Shown here piece by piece: positions 25,067 to 36,680 of a stretch of DNA of 64,000 bases. The stretch lies in the NCBI GenBank assembly GCA_963514005.1, contig OY740810.1:20026001-20090000 (forward strand), in the 5' to 3' direction. The notes beneath the pieces are model-generated. The model did no database searches, had not been told where the DNA came from, and saw only the letters and a list, made by a program, of their open reading frames with translations. Positions within the stretch are counted from its first letter, which is position 1; the number at the start of each line of letters is the position of its first letter. The position numbers and the translations under genes were made by a program. This DNA is from Raja brachyura. Its lineage: Eukaryota.

Positions 25067-26107
25067 CATGATCGAGGAATGTTGGAGACCATGGTTTGTG
25101 ACCGTTGGCTGTGGAAAAGGATGACAACGAATAGATACAACAATGAAACTAGCAGGGCGGCTGGAGAAGTAGCGTTGTGGACATAAACTGCAAATTAACC
25201 ACATCCATTAATTCAGCACCGCTCTCCATTCAGCCTTGGAAAATAATTCCAGATAGTCTACATCAACTGTTCAAAACACCAGCAAAAGTTGTTTAAGGAA
25301 GGTGATAATCGCATTGCAAAGTCATAAAACGACAGAATTGGTTACTTCAACTGGACCAAAGAATAATCCAGCACTTATCACCATAATAGTATAAACTAAT
25401 TAACAGCCAGTGCAAAATTAACAACACAGAACATTTATTGCATGTTAAAAAGCTGAAGCAAATTTCCCAGAAATTTAGTGATAAAGCAGGAGAAGCAGGA
25501 ACATTGTTAAATTATACAGAATTAACGTTTCAGGTCGGAGTCGTACAGTCTCGAACCTGACACGACAATCGTTTCGCTTATACATGCTTGCAGTATTTGC
25601 AGCATTGATTTGATATTTCTAGCATTTATGTTTTTTTTAATTCTCATTAACTGTGGTAATAACATTTGATCCAATTTGTGATTCCAGCTGCCAAGACAGA
25701 TGTGTACAGCAATCCGTTCTTCCCCCGCACAATTAAAGCATGGAATAGTCTCCACCCTACTATAGTTGCCCAACCAGATGCAACTAAATTTAAGGTAGCT
25801 CTTTCTTCCCAAAAACCCTTTCTGGCTTAAGTCCTCCCTCCACCACCTCCAGTTTAAATTCCATTTGGAATACTTTGGAGGACCAAGAAAGCAAGAACCA
25901 AGATAGCAAGTAACACGGCCGCACCGAGTGAACAAGAGCGGGACGGAAAACACTGCCAAGTGTAATCAGCATTTCAATAGAAAAATACCATTAGTCGGAC
26001 GCAATGAAAGAACCCAAACGGAGTGAACAATTGTTAACAAGTGCTAACCACAATGACGCTTAGAAATGGCAGAAAGAATCTCCCGGCCACAGGGCTGAAA
26101 CTTATTA

Positions 26108-26699
26108 AGGGCCTGTCCCACCAGCATGCAACTCTATGCGATTAGCGCGACCTAACGTGGTCGCTTGAGCCGTCCGGCATCACGGGGCTGGTCCCACTTC
26201 GATCGCCGGAGCCGTGCGGAATTGTGCAGAGTTCGTCCCGAGTTCGTCCCAACACCGCGCGGGGCTCCGAAAAACTACTAACAATGTCCAAAAATTCCGC
26301 GCGGCAACGGCTTGTCGGCTCGCAGTCGCCTCGACATTTACACACCGCCCCGACATCGTGCCTCCGTGAACCTATTTGTAAGTGCCTCCGTGACCCACTA
26401 TGTATGTGGCTCCGTGGCCCTGTGTGTGTGTGTGCCTCGGTGCCCCTCTCTGTGTGCCCCGCTCTGTCCTGGCGAACTTACCTTACTCTTTGCTCCAAGT
26501 TCGCCTCACTTTGCGCCGTGTTGCGCCACTCACCCGACCTCCGCACGGCCCCGACTGCCGGTTTGGTTGCGCTTGCCGCATGCAGGCGCATGCTGGTGGG
26601 AACGGCCCTGTACAGGGGATCACCCGACCTCCGCGCGGCCCCCGCTGCTAGTTTGATCGCGTTCATCGCATAGAGTTGCATGCTTGTAGGACAGGCCCT
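26108..26699. mobile_element. PIF/Harbinger-type MITE
   Basis: About 40-bp TIRs (AGGGCCTGTCC...GCATGCAACTCTATGCGAT), TTA TSD on both sides, GC-rich internal repeats. Confidence 0.85.
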
Positions 26700-27142
26700 T
26701 TACTGTTTGGCCTCCGGCGAACACGTAGCCTTAATTTGACAGCAGTTTTAGCATCTTGCAATAACCACATTTAGTAGCGGAAAGAAGGGTCAACACTAAT
26801 GGACGAGAAAACACATCACTAATAAATAACAAATTATTAGATGCTAAATGATTTACATATAATTGATATCAGCGGAACCAGACAATAATCAGCGTATCTG
26901 TGTTAACATGTAATCCATGTCCTCGTTAACAGCGAAAACTGAGAGGATGGGGGAGGGGGGAGTGGGAGTGTGTGGGTGAGTGTGTATGTGTGTAGATAGA
27001 TATTAAAAAAAACTCATCAGCAGCAAAATAAAACTGCTGGTTGAAATGGGCGAGGCAAGCAGCATCTGCGGAGAGAATTGAGGAAACAATTCTTCCGATC
27101 CGGATACTGCATCAGGAGCGAGTCGAAAGGATTTCCCAGACA

Positions 27143-27166
27143 CTTGGTCCCTGGTCCGAACATCCA
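27143..27166 (-). pseudogene. J remnant of cluster B (WMFGPGTK)
   Basis: Aligns to the cluster A J and its intron flank (aagg.tttcccagacac); an 18-nt deletion removes LFVT and the splice donor; no heptamer. Confidence 0.88.
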
Positions 27167-27178
27167 TCAGCTCGATCC

Positions 27179-28048
27179 AGAGAATCCAGTAATCGGAGGT
27201 GCAAAGGGACTTAGCAAAGGGAGTCTGGTTCAGGACTCCCAAAAAGTTAATTTGGAAGTCAAATCGGTAGTAAGGAAGGCAAATTCAATGCTAGCATTTA
27301 TATCAAGAGGACAGGAATATAAAAAAAAAACAGAGATGTAATGCTGAGGCTCAATAAGGCGCTGGTCAGTCCGCATTTGAAGTACTGTGAGCAAATCTGG
27401 ACCCCCCATATCTGACGAAGGATGTGCTGGCTCTGGAGAGGTTCCAGCGAAGGTTTACAAAAATGATTCCATGAATGAGTGGGTTAGCATATGTTGAGCG
27501 TTTGACAGCACTGGGCCTCTGCTCGCTGGAGTTTTGAAGTTTGAGGCGGGACCTCACTGAAACGTAGAATAGTGAAAGGCTTGGATAGAGTGGATGTGGA
27601 GAGGATGTTTCCATTAAAGGGAGAGTCTAGAACTAGAGGTCATAGGCTCAGAATTAAAGGAAGTTCTTTTAGGAAGGAGATGAGGAGGAAATTTCTGAGG
27701 GTGAAAAATAAGAGGGTGAATCTGTGGGATTCTTTGTCACAGAAGGCTACAGAGGCCAATTCAATTTATATTTTTAAGGTGAAGAGAGACAAATTCTTGA
27801 TTAGAACGGGAGTGAATGGATATGAGCAGAAGGCAGGATAATGCGATTAGGAAAATGGGATTGGAAGGCAGAGGTCAGCCATAATTGAATGGCGGAGTGG
27901 ACTCAATGGACCGAATGGCCTAATTCTACTCCTAGAACTTGTGCACTGATTTTAGATGATCAGCGATGATCACATTGAATGGCAGTACTGGCTCAAAGGG
28001 CCCAATGGCCTCCTCCTGCACCTATTTTTCTATGAACTTGTGAACTTG
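27179..28048 (+). mobile_element. 5'-truncated CR1 LINE inserted antisense into cluster B V, with a second CR1 3' end nested in its tail
   Basis: VQDSQKVNLEVKSVVRKANSMLAFISRG, KGLDRVDVERMFPLKGESRTRGH; (AACTTGTG)n tail interrupted at about 27945-28033. Confidence 0.9.
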
Positions 28049-28204
28049 AGTAATGGAGGACCCGCTGAGGATTTGTTCCCAGTGAATGCTTACACTAATT
28101 AACATAATTGCCATCCTTTATATCGATGCTACATTTCAATGGGGCCGTGTCTCCTGGATTCACCGACACGGTAGCAGGTTGAGTCAGAGTCTGACACTCT
28201 TCAG
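28049..28204 (-). pseudogene. 5' half of sigma V exon, cluster B
   Basis: EECQTLTQPATVSVNPGDTAPLKCSIDIKDGNYVN*CKHSLGTNPQRVLHY; the conserved Trp codon is TAG; truncated at CDR2 by the CR1 3' tail. Confidence 0.92.
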
Positions 28205-28307
28205 CTGCAAAAGAGCAGGAATTCAACTTTAACCAATGACTCTTTAAAATGACCCCAGGAGCCCACATCACAACCGCTGGCGGGGCAGACTTGCCGTCTG
28301 TATTTAC

Positions 28308-28340
28308 AGCCCAGCCACTGCCAGAGATCAGTGTCCGCAT
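28308..28340 (-). pseudogene. Leader exon of cluster B, frameshifted
   Basis: Aligns to the cluster A leader with 11-nt and 2-nt deletions; 33 nt (phase 0 instead of 1); donor GTAAAT. Confidence 0.88.
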
Positions 28341-28415
28341 GGCTGCTGCCTTCAGCTCCCTGCCTCACTCGAGCCGCTGTGACAGACTGTGGACGCCGCT
28401 GCCGATGGAAACCAC

Positions 28416-28454
28416 TTATAGGGCCATTCACACAGGAAGGAAATCCGTGCAAAT
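28416..28454 (-). promoter_or_regulatory. V promoter of pseudo-cluster B
   Basis: ATTTGCAC (28454-28447) and TATAA (28420-28416) in sequence collinear with the cluster A promoter. Confidence 0.65.
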
Positions 28455-29283
28455 CAGGGTGGGTCACACTGAGCGACCAGAGCGCGGTTCTGAAACCGTC
28501 CCATTCGCCATCAGACACAGTCGGGTTGAGGCGGTGACAATGTCAGCTACTGACAGATCTGGTAAACACAACCCGTTGAGTAGGTCGCCACAATGGTCGT
28601 TTGTTTTCTGATATTCCCCTCCTTCTCCCTCCATTTTCCTGATTCAGTTGTTGCTACACTCCATCCCTCAGTCCGGAGATGCTCCTCACACCTCCTCACA
28701 GCTCGTCTTATCGATGGTTACAGACACTTTCTAGATTGCTGGGCCATTTCAGAGGGTCTTCGTGTGGGCCTGGAGATTGGACGAAGATGGCATGTGTCCT
28801 CCCCTCAAAGATTAATGAGCTCCCATCGGGTGTTTTGGTCTGTCCGACAGAATACCTTGACTAAGACCAAAGTTCGTCCGCACATTTGGACTGACATCAT
28901 AGATTTAGTTAATTAAACAGCACCAAACTGACACTTTAGCTTGAATTTTCCATGTCAACCAAGATTCCTGCATTTCCCATTTTCCTGCATTTGGTCTATA
29001 TACCTTTACATATTTCCCACCCGTGTACTTATCCAAATGCGTTTTCAAAGGTTATAATTCTCGCACCGACACAATCCCCTCTTGCAGCTCGATCCATATA
29101 CTCACCACTCTGTATCTGGGAATATGTGACTACCCCTCATGTCCCCTTTACATTTTTCACCTCTCACCTTAAATCTATGACCTCTTGACCTCTTGTATCA
29201 GACCCCACTATTCGGGGGGGGGGGGGGGGGGGGGAGACCGTGTCTCTAAATCAAACTAAACTAAACTAAACTAAACTGATGAG

Positions 29284-32200
29284 TAGAGCCAGGGCAGGAG
29301 GTTTAGGCACTAAAAAACACTGAAATAGGCAGGCAAAAAGAATGAATAAAATTACCAAAAGGCACGAAAAGGGCATTTATTGACAAAAAAAGGCATAAAA
29401 AGGCATGTATTTCCACCACCAAAATATGGTTAAAAATGATAATATAGTTATACTACATTAAACGACCAAAGCGGTTGCACATAATTACTAGCATTTTTTT
29501 TTCATATTATCTGGTATTAAATTATGCCATCTGTCAGACAGAATATGCTTCAGTTGTGAAAAACGTCTTTGTACCTCAGCTAAGGTCACTGGTGCATACC
29601 CAAAACAAGCTACAGACTCTATATTCATGTCAATATCTTGTGCATTACAACTACCTTTGAGAACTTTAGCTATGTTTTGTATTTCTTCAAGATCTTTGTT
29701 AGTTAAAATCACTCTCTCACATTTTCCTTGCATGTCTTCACCTGTATCGCCAGGAACTTTATGAATATCGTCAGTTACCATGTTGAAAACCTGCAAGTTA
29801 TTCACTAATGTTTTGCCACGTTTCTCAAGGGAAGTGATAGCTTGTGAAAGTTTGCAAAATTTGAAGCAATAAACACAAGGTTGCGGTGGAGGGATGTTTT
29901 CAGCATGATTTCACTGACGATCCTGACTGCAGCAGATTCTTCTTCTTCAAACAGTTGACGATTTATTTTATCTTTTCAAAATTTGCAGCATAGTAGAGTA
30001 CAGCAGAGAGCCATGTACCCACCTAGGCAAAACGGGCTGAGGAGGTAGCAGAATCTCGGGTGCCATTTCCTTCAACAACTGCACACATGACGGTGCTTTG
30101 AGGAAGATTTTCTTGACATTGGAAACCAGGCGATCGACATTTGGAAATAAGCTACGTATGTGCTTGGCAATTCTGTGAAGTCCTTGAGCTAAGCATATCA
30201 AATGCAACATTTTGGTGAATAAAACTTTAAGAGCATGCGCAGCTTTTTTCATGTATGCAGCTGCATCAGTCACAAACAGAAGAACATTCTCATGTTTTAT
30301 ACCTCTGGCCAAAGTACAGCAAGTGAAGATGTAAACAACTGAGCAAAAGGTGAGCTGTTTGAATTCTCCAATACTTCCGATATCAACAAATACTCCTTTG
30401 ATGGTTGACCTGCCTCCAGTGCACCGATGACCACATTGGCAACATATCTCCCCACAGCATCAGTATTATTATTGAGATCCATAATTTGTTGCATGCAACT
30501 TCATCTCTAATTTTCTGCACAACAATGTTAAAGTTGCTGTCAACATAATTTTTCCGTAATGATGACTTGCTTGGTATATGTTCTTCTGTGTATTTCTCTA
30601 AAAACACCTCTGAGAGATTAGTTTTGCCAATTTCCAGTGGAATTCTAGCATCAATGAATGCCTTACAAAGAACATTCGAAAACTCAGATTTGTAACTGGA
30701 GCCAGCAGTAAATGTCATGAAGAGACAAGCTTGGGTATTTCGCTTGGGCAGTCTACACCCCAGCAGTATCAGCATTTACTAGGTATGTTACAAAACTTAC
30801 CTTGAGTGGCTCTGCAGTTCTGCCACTCCCCATGTGCGCGGCGCCTTTCAGAGGGGGGCGGGTTTAAAATGCAGTTTTTCTCCAGACAGGGCAAATCGAT
30901 CCATCTCAGGGGATTTAGTTGCTAAAGATAAATCGCTCTGACATTTGTTTTATGAAGGTATTTTTCAACTATGTTAGATCATTTATTAGCTAGAGTAATT
31001 TAAAAATCATCTTCTAAAGCCGTGAGCGCCGAAAACGCGAAGGATTTTACGTAGGGAATAAAATAAGGTACACAGTTTATTTTTACATTAAAACGTGCTT
31101 CTTAGGAAGCCTTTAATCAAATTTTCATGGTGCGAAAAGGGGAGAAAAAAAAATACGAACTGGCAGTGTTTTTCCTGCTGACTGTGGGTTAAATTCACCG
31201 CAAACCGCAAAGTTCCAATCCACCACATTCCACTAAAACCCACTCGCAAGTTGATTTAAATGGCCATTAATTTACATGAATTAAACACTAAATTCCTTCC
31301 ATTTGGCCTATAAATTAATGAAAATGAGATTTTAAAATCATGTTATATTGTGAATTATTGTGTGAATGTTATTTGGGCACAGGCAATTTAAAAATGTTTA
31401 TCTTTTCTTAAGAAATGGATAGATGTTTAGATCTAGTAATTGAATTTTGTAATTAGCTACCATTAGGTAACTAACTGATTATATGCTTTAATTTCGTCAT
31501 CCAAGTAAGATTGCTTCATATTTGTTTCAGAATGCTTCAATCTATAATAACTGAAAATGTCATTGAGTTCTCTTAATTTTTAAGAAAGTTATGGGTTTTT
31601 GATTGTCCTAGATCACAGCTTTTCAGTTAAGTCAATGGAAAGGCAATAGAGAACAAGATGCTAATTTCCGAGTATGAAAATGGCCATAACTTTTTTAATA
31701 CTGAAGATATGAAAGCGAATTAGGTGTCAAATTAAACTTCTTTTTACGTTTTATCTGATGCGATAAATTGCAGACTTGATTTTTAAAATCTCAAAATTTT
31801 GTAACATTCCTACATTTACTTCTCTAATTTTAGATAACCCTTGTCTTCTCCCTTCTCCCCCTTCCCCTTCCCAGCTCTCCGTCTACTCCGACTGTTTCCG
31901 CCTCTTCCTTTCTACCCCCCCCCCCCACCTACACACACACACAGTAGTCTGAAGAAGGGTCTCGACCGCAAAAACGTCGCTATTCCTTCTCTCCATTGAT
32001 GTTGCCTCACCCGCATTCTCCAGCATTTTTTGTCTACCTTCGATTTTTCCAGCATCTACAGTTCTTTCTCAAATAGATCTTGGAGAAGACTGAGCCAGCA
32101 GGCAGTGGCACGAACGAGTGAACGGCCGACGGTGGTGCACCCGGTTTCGCCCCGGTGGTGGAAATTTTCTTGTAAGTTATATTAGAATAATACACGTTAA

Positions 32201-32365
32201 TAATAACATTCATATTAACGTGTTCACATTGAAAACGTCATTGTAATCACAGTACAACTAGAGACAATAGCACGGCCTTTTAGCAAAACGGCAAAAAAAG
32301 GCTGATTTATCCAAAAAAAAAGGCATGAAAAGGCACATGGCATTTATGCCAAAATCCTGGCTCCA
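29284..32365 (-). mobile_element. hAT-superfamily transposon (CGGBP1/DUF659-like transposase, frameshifted)
   Basis: TIRs TAGAGCCAGG / CCTGGCTCCA; 8-bp TSD CTGATGAG at 29276-29283 and 32366-32373; motifs TDAVGRYVANVVIG, LFVTDAAAYMKKAA, CLAQGLHRIA, AEVQRRFS. Confidence 0.9.
30780..31812. mobile_element. About 1.03-kb non-autonomous TIR element, copy 2, nested in the hAT
   Basis: TIRs TAGGTATGTTACAAAA / TTTTGTAACATTCCTA; 7-bp TSD CATTTAC at 30773-30779 and 31813-31819. Confidence 0.88.
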
Positions 32366-34493
32366 CTGATGAGAAACCAAGCCCGCTCACCCTGTCACCA
32401 GCACACTCTTGTCCCGAGGCTGCAGCCACATCTTCAGCACCGGACAGCTCCCAGCCGTGAAGAAAAGCGGAAGATTCTTGTGTACCCACCCCCTAATGTT
32501 CAACGTAGCGGTGCTAATTCTCAGGGGACAGAACTCCAGCAAACAAGTCTGCCTGGTCAACTTCTTTATTTTTCGCAACAATGGAGGTGATGTATGCACC
32601 GGCCACTCTTGCGGGGAATCTATTATTCGAGTATCATGATCCTTCCACCAGACTCACCGCTCCCATTTTACTTCCTTTATACTGACTAATTCACAGGGCT
32701 TCCGTGGAAATATGTGCGTGCAAAAGCTGAATAAATGCTTATTTTGCACAGAAAAACCGCCATTCATTCTTGCTGCAGATTCAAGATACCTGGACCGTGG
32801 AATACCAAAGGCCACATTACACTGGCAAATAACGTGCTTGACCTGCGGGTACACCTGAGGGTACATGTGCTCGCATTTCGAAATGCGAGCACATGTAAAA
32901 ACATATATACAAGGAGGGTATTGTCATGTGTGCAACCATGATATATGATGGATTATTTATGCAAATATTCCCTTCCCAACTGACTAGGTAAATCTCCAAG
33001 CACAGTTCAGTAAGCCCAATGTTGAGAGCAATAAAAAATATCAAATAGTACACCAGCTCTATTTTATCTCCAGTGTGTTGATAAAGCATTGGCCAAAATT
33101 TCACAATGGAAGAAATCTAAACCAGAGGGCAGGAAGTGTAGCTGCCCTTCCCATGGGGCGTCTTGCTTCGGTACAAACTTTCAACTTTGGACCTGGCTAC
33201 AATGTGGTTTCAAGACCCATTGACCCAGAAACCAATATTCGTCTCGCGTGTGTTGACGATTGAGGAAGGAGGGTTGTGAGAAAGAGGGAAGGAGAAGATC
33301 GTCCGTCTGAATCTCACTCTACCCCTCCTCCCTCGGCCCCCCATCCCTACCGACTTCCAACTCCTTCCTTGCCCACCTTTCCATCCGCTGGGCTGTGACT
33401 CACTCCTCAGCTTGTCTCCCCACTCTTCCTCCTTCCCATCCTCCCTTCCCCTCTCAATTCCTCCATCCTTCTCCCGTCAATTCCGCTGTCGCTTTCAATA
33501 AGGCAGAAGGCAGCAGGGATTCATCCATTATTTAAAATGTAGAACGGAATTGATATATGCCGACCGCCCCAAGGAAGAAATACTCTCCCAGCTGCGGTGG
33601 TGGTGCTCTGTCTACTTCGCGGGAGTAGAGAAAATGTAAACGAGAACAAGTCTTCGGCCCAAGAAAGCTGAAACTGGAACTGAAACCGAGAAGCAGTGCA
33701 TTTGGGGGCGGGTGCACTGCAAATAAAATGATGGAGGCCCGCTCAGTGGGCAGCGGAGGGACGACGATGAACTGATAAAGGAACCCAGCCCCCCTCACCC
33801 TCTCACCAGCACACACTACAGGCTGCAGCCTCGGCAACAGGCAAACAGCCGCCAACTGCGACCCCCAACAACGGATTCACTTTTACTTCTGTGCTGCACC
33901 GTCTGTATTCTACATGATATGTAAACTCTTTCCATGTTTTTAATTATTCAGTCCCCCTCCACTTTACATTGCAGCCTCTAAACTGCACAAATAGTTCTCC
34001 TGGCCATGACAGAGAGAGAAAGGGGATGTGTAACGTGAAGCTCAGGGAACATCATCTCACCTTTTGACCAAACTCGGCACCTAGCCTATATTGTAACCAC
34101 TTCAAATAACCAGCCATTGCAGTTTGTGTCTGAATTGGTCAATTCTAGTGAAAGGTCATTGCCCGCAATGTAACTTCAGTTTTAAAGTTCTTCACAGCCT
34201 GACCACCTGAATATTTCCACCAATTGTTAAATTTACTTTCATTATTATCTCTTCCAAACATTAACTGTCTTGTTATAATCTTATCATCACTGCCTTCCAA
34301 TTACCCTGTCCCCATTCTTTCCAGTACCCCAGCAATGGAACTTCCCGCCGTTCTTCCCTGATATCCCATGTCTAAAGATGCCGCGAAGGAGCGCAGACAT
34401 ATGAGTCTCCACCCACCTCCCATCTGGCGTCAGAATAGGAAGAGATCCCAAGATAATGAGACACACACGTAAATAATGTCTGCATTGATCATC

Positions 34494-34563
34494 TTTATTG
34501 GTAGTTTGACGTAGTTGCAGACCGTCGGCCTGATACTGATGAAACATTACAAACAATTTTATT
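34494..34563 (-). terminator. Two AATAAA polyadenylation signals for cluster A
   Basis: + strand TTTATT at 34558-34563 and 34494-34499, 260-325 bp past the C stop codon. Confidence 0.75.
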
Positions 34564-34820
34564 AATCACATCCATGTCTGTTGCCTGAGAAAACAAATTT
34601 GCTGAAGCCAAGTTACTGACCACTTTAACCGGTGTCGCCTAACGGTGAAAGAAACAGAACGATCCACTCGAGTACAAATGTTTCAATAACACAATGGAAA
34701 CCGGAGAACGCGGATCGGAAGCAGCGAATACAGAGACCAGCGGGCGCACACAGTGGAAGGAAGATGAGAGGCAGATCTCCCGGTAATCAAAGAGCAAACA
34801 CGCCCGGAGCCGCGCTCACT

Positions 34821-35143
34821 TTAACAGCTGGATTGTGAGAGTGTGGCGGATATTTTCGAGGCTGCTCCTTGTTGAACTGTGCAGGAGTACGACTTCCCAC
34901 TGCTCCAGTCTGCGCCGCCCACCGTCAGGTAGCTGCTGAGACTGAAGGTGTTGTCCGTGTCCCGCCTCGCCACGCTGGTTTGCACCTCACTGCTCGGCGG
35001 ACTCCCGTCCACTGTCCAGCTGACGGCGGGGAAGCCCATGGACAGTTTACTGACCAGGCAGACTAAGGTGCCCGCTCCTTTAGCGGATATCTCCTCGTCT
35101 GACGGCCCCAGCAGTTTCACTGAAGGGTCTGGGAGATTCGAAG
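34821..35143 (-). CDS. IgL sigma constant exon, cluster A (intact)
   Basis: Acceptor tcttgttcccattgcAG; ASNLPDPSVKLLGPSDEEISAKGAGTLVCLVSKLSMGFPAVSWTVDGS...DNTFSLSSYLT...YSCTVQQGAASKISATLSQSSC*. Both intradomain Cys, the Trp and the terminal interchain Cys are present; in frame with J. Confidence 0.96.
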
Positions 35144-36680
35144 CTGCAATGGGAACAAGAGAAGATAAGTTTCAGGTGACGGAAGAGCTCGGTCATCTCA
35201 GCGTTTGACAGAAGCGCGAGTGAGAGGTTGCAGCCTCCTTTAGTGGGGCCCCGAGTCTCACTGAGGGACGGAGCGGTGCCCATGGAGGTCGCCGCATGGA
35301 TCAACACTGGGGAACTAGAGATGTGAGGCAACGTTTCTGTTCTAGGGTCCTGCTGGCAACTCGCTGGTTCACAGCATCAGACGCTCGGTGACCTCACCAC
35401 CACTCCCGGGTTTACCCCGGCCTGTGCACATGAGCTGATTGCGGGAGAGTCCCACAATAGCTTCACGGCCTCAGTGCCTCGGGTTAGTGAGGGAAGGGAT
35501 CCATGATCCCACTACCGACCTCCAACCAGTGACCCCTCGCTCTGGGACCAACCCAGAGTGCTGGCGGGGAATCTCCTCCAACTGGTGAGGCTTTCCGGCA
35601 CCGAGTCATGAACGGAGCCGAGCCACACGCAGGAACCAGAAGGGCACACTCACTCACCGAGAATGTGCCCACTCACTGAGCCGCTAGCTACACGTTCCCC
35701 CTCTTCCACCTCTTCCCTTCGCCCCACCCCACCCATCACTGATGTCCCCTCTATCCCCCCCCCCCCCCCATCCCCCCAACTGCTGCCGGGAGAATAAACA
35801 CATCTCTAATTCTGCACTGCCCCAGAGAGCGAGGACAGCGGCTGCGCCCTGCTGAGCTTCACGGAGCTGGACAGAGCAGGGCGCTCTGTGATCTTTGACG
35901 GTGCCGAGGGATTCGTGTCCCATTCACTGTGAGGGAGGGCAGGTGCGATTCTCCACAGACCCGGAGCTCCGGCTCAGTCGGTGCAGCGACGGCAATGGTT
36001 CCCGCAAAGGAGCGGCGGTCAAGGGGATAGTTGGCAGGAGAGGAGACAAGGACTGGGGGACGGGAGAGGGGCATTTATTGGGCGGGTGCGTGCGGGAGAG
36101 TTCCGTCGTCACCGGGAGGATTGGAGTTTCCGTGAAATTCCGGGGGTGATTCCGCTGTGGGATCCTCATACAAGAACGTGAAACTTATAGTTCCACTGCC
36201 TCAACAACCCCGGGCTGTCTCCAGTCGCCAATGTTCTGTCCCCACCTTGAAACCGGACCCCACTTTAGGAAGCTGGGACCCCTCACGTTCACTTGGATCA
36301 AACCGGCACAAAGCGGATAAACTAACGGGAGTAACACCGCGCCAACTCAGAGATTAAGTTAGTCTCAGAAACACAATATTCACAAGCACATGCAGAGACA
36401 GAGCAACAACACCACAAAGAGAATTGAATAACCGAGAGTGTACCTATTTGAAATATCAAATAAGCTTCACGGAATGGAGAATTTGGTCATTAAAATACAG
36501 TAACAATTGGAACATAACTATATTTATTTGTACTGGTGCTGGACACAGAACTCAAATGGATTGCAAAATAAAAAAATTCTCGATAAAATTAGCCAGATAA
36601 TAATAAAGGTTAAAGTATTAGTTGCCAACTGGCCGTATTCTCGCCGTTAGTAATTGCGGGAAGGTTTCCCAGACACTTAC

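Noticed and set aside
28095-28340. ORF reading from the pseudo-leader through the intron in frame into V
   Set aside because: The 33+103 nt spacing restores frame by chance; there is no hydrophobic signal peptide and it stops at the W-to-TAG codon.
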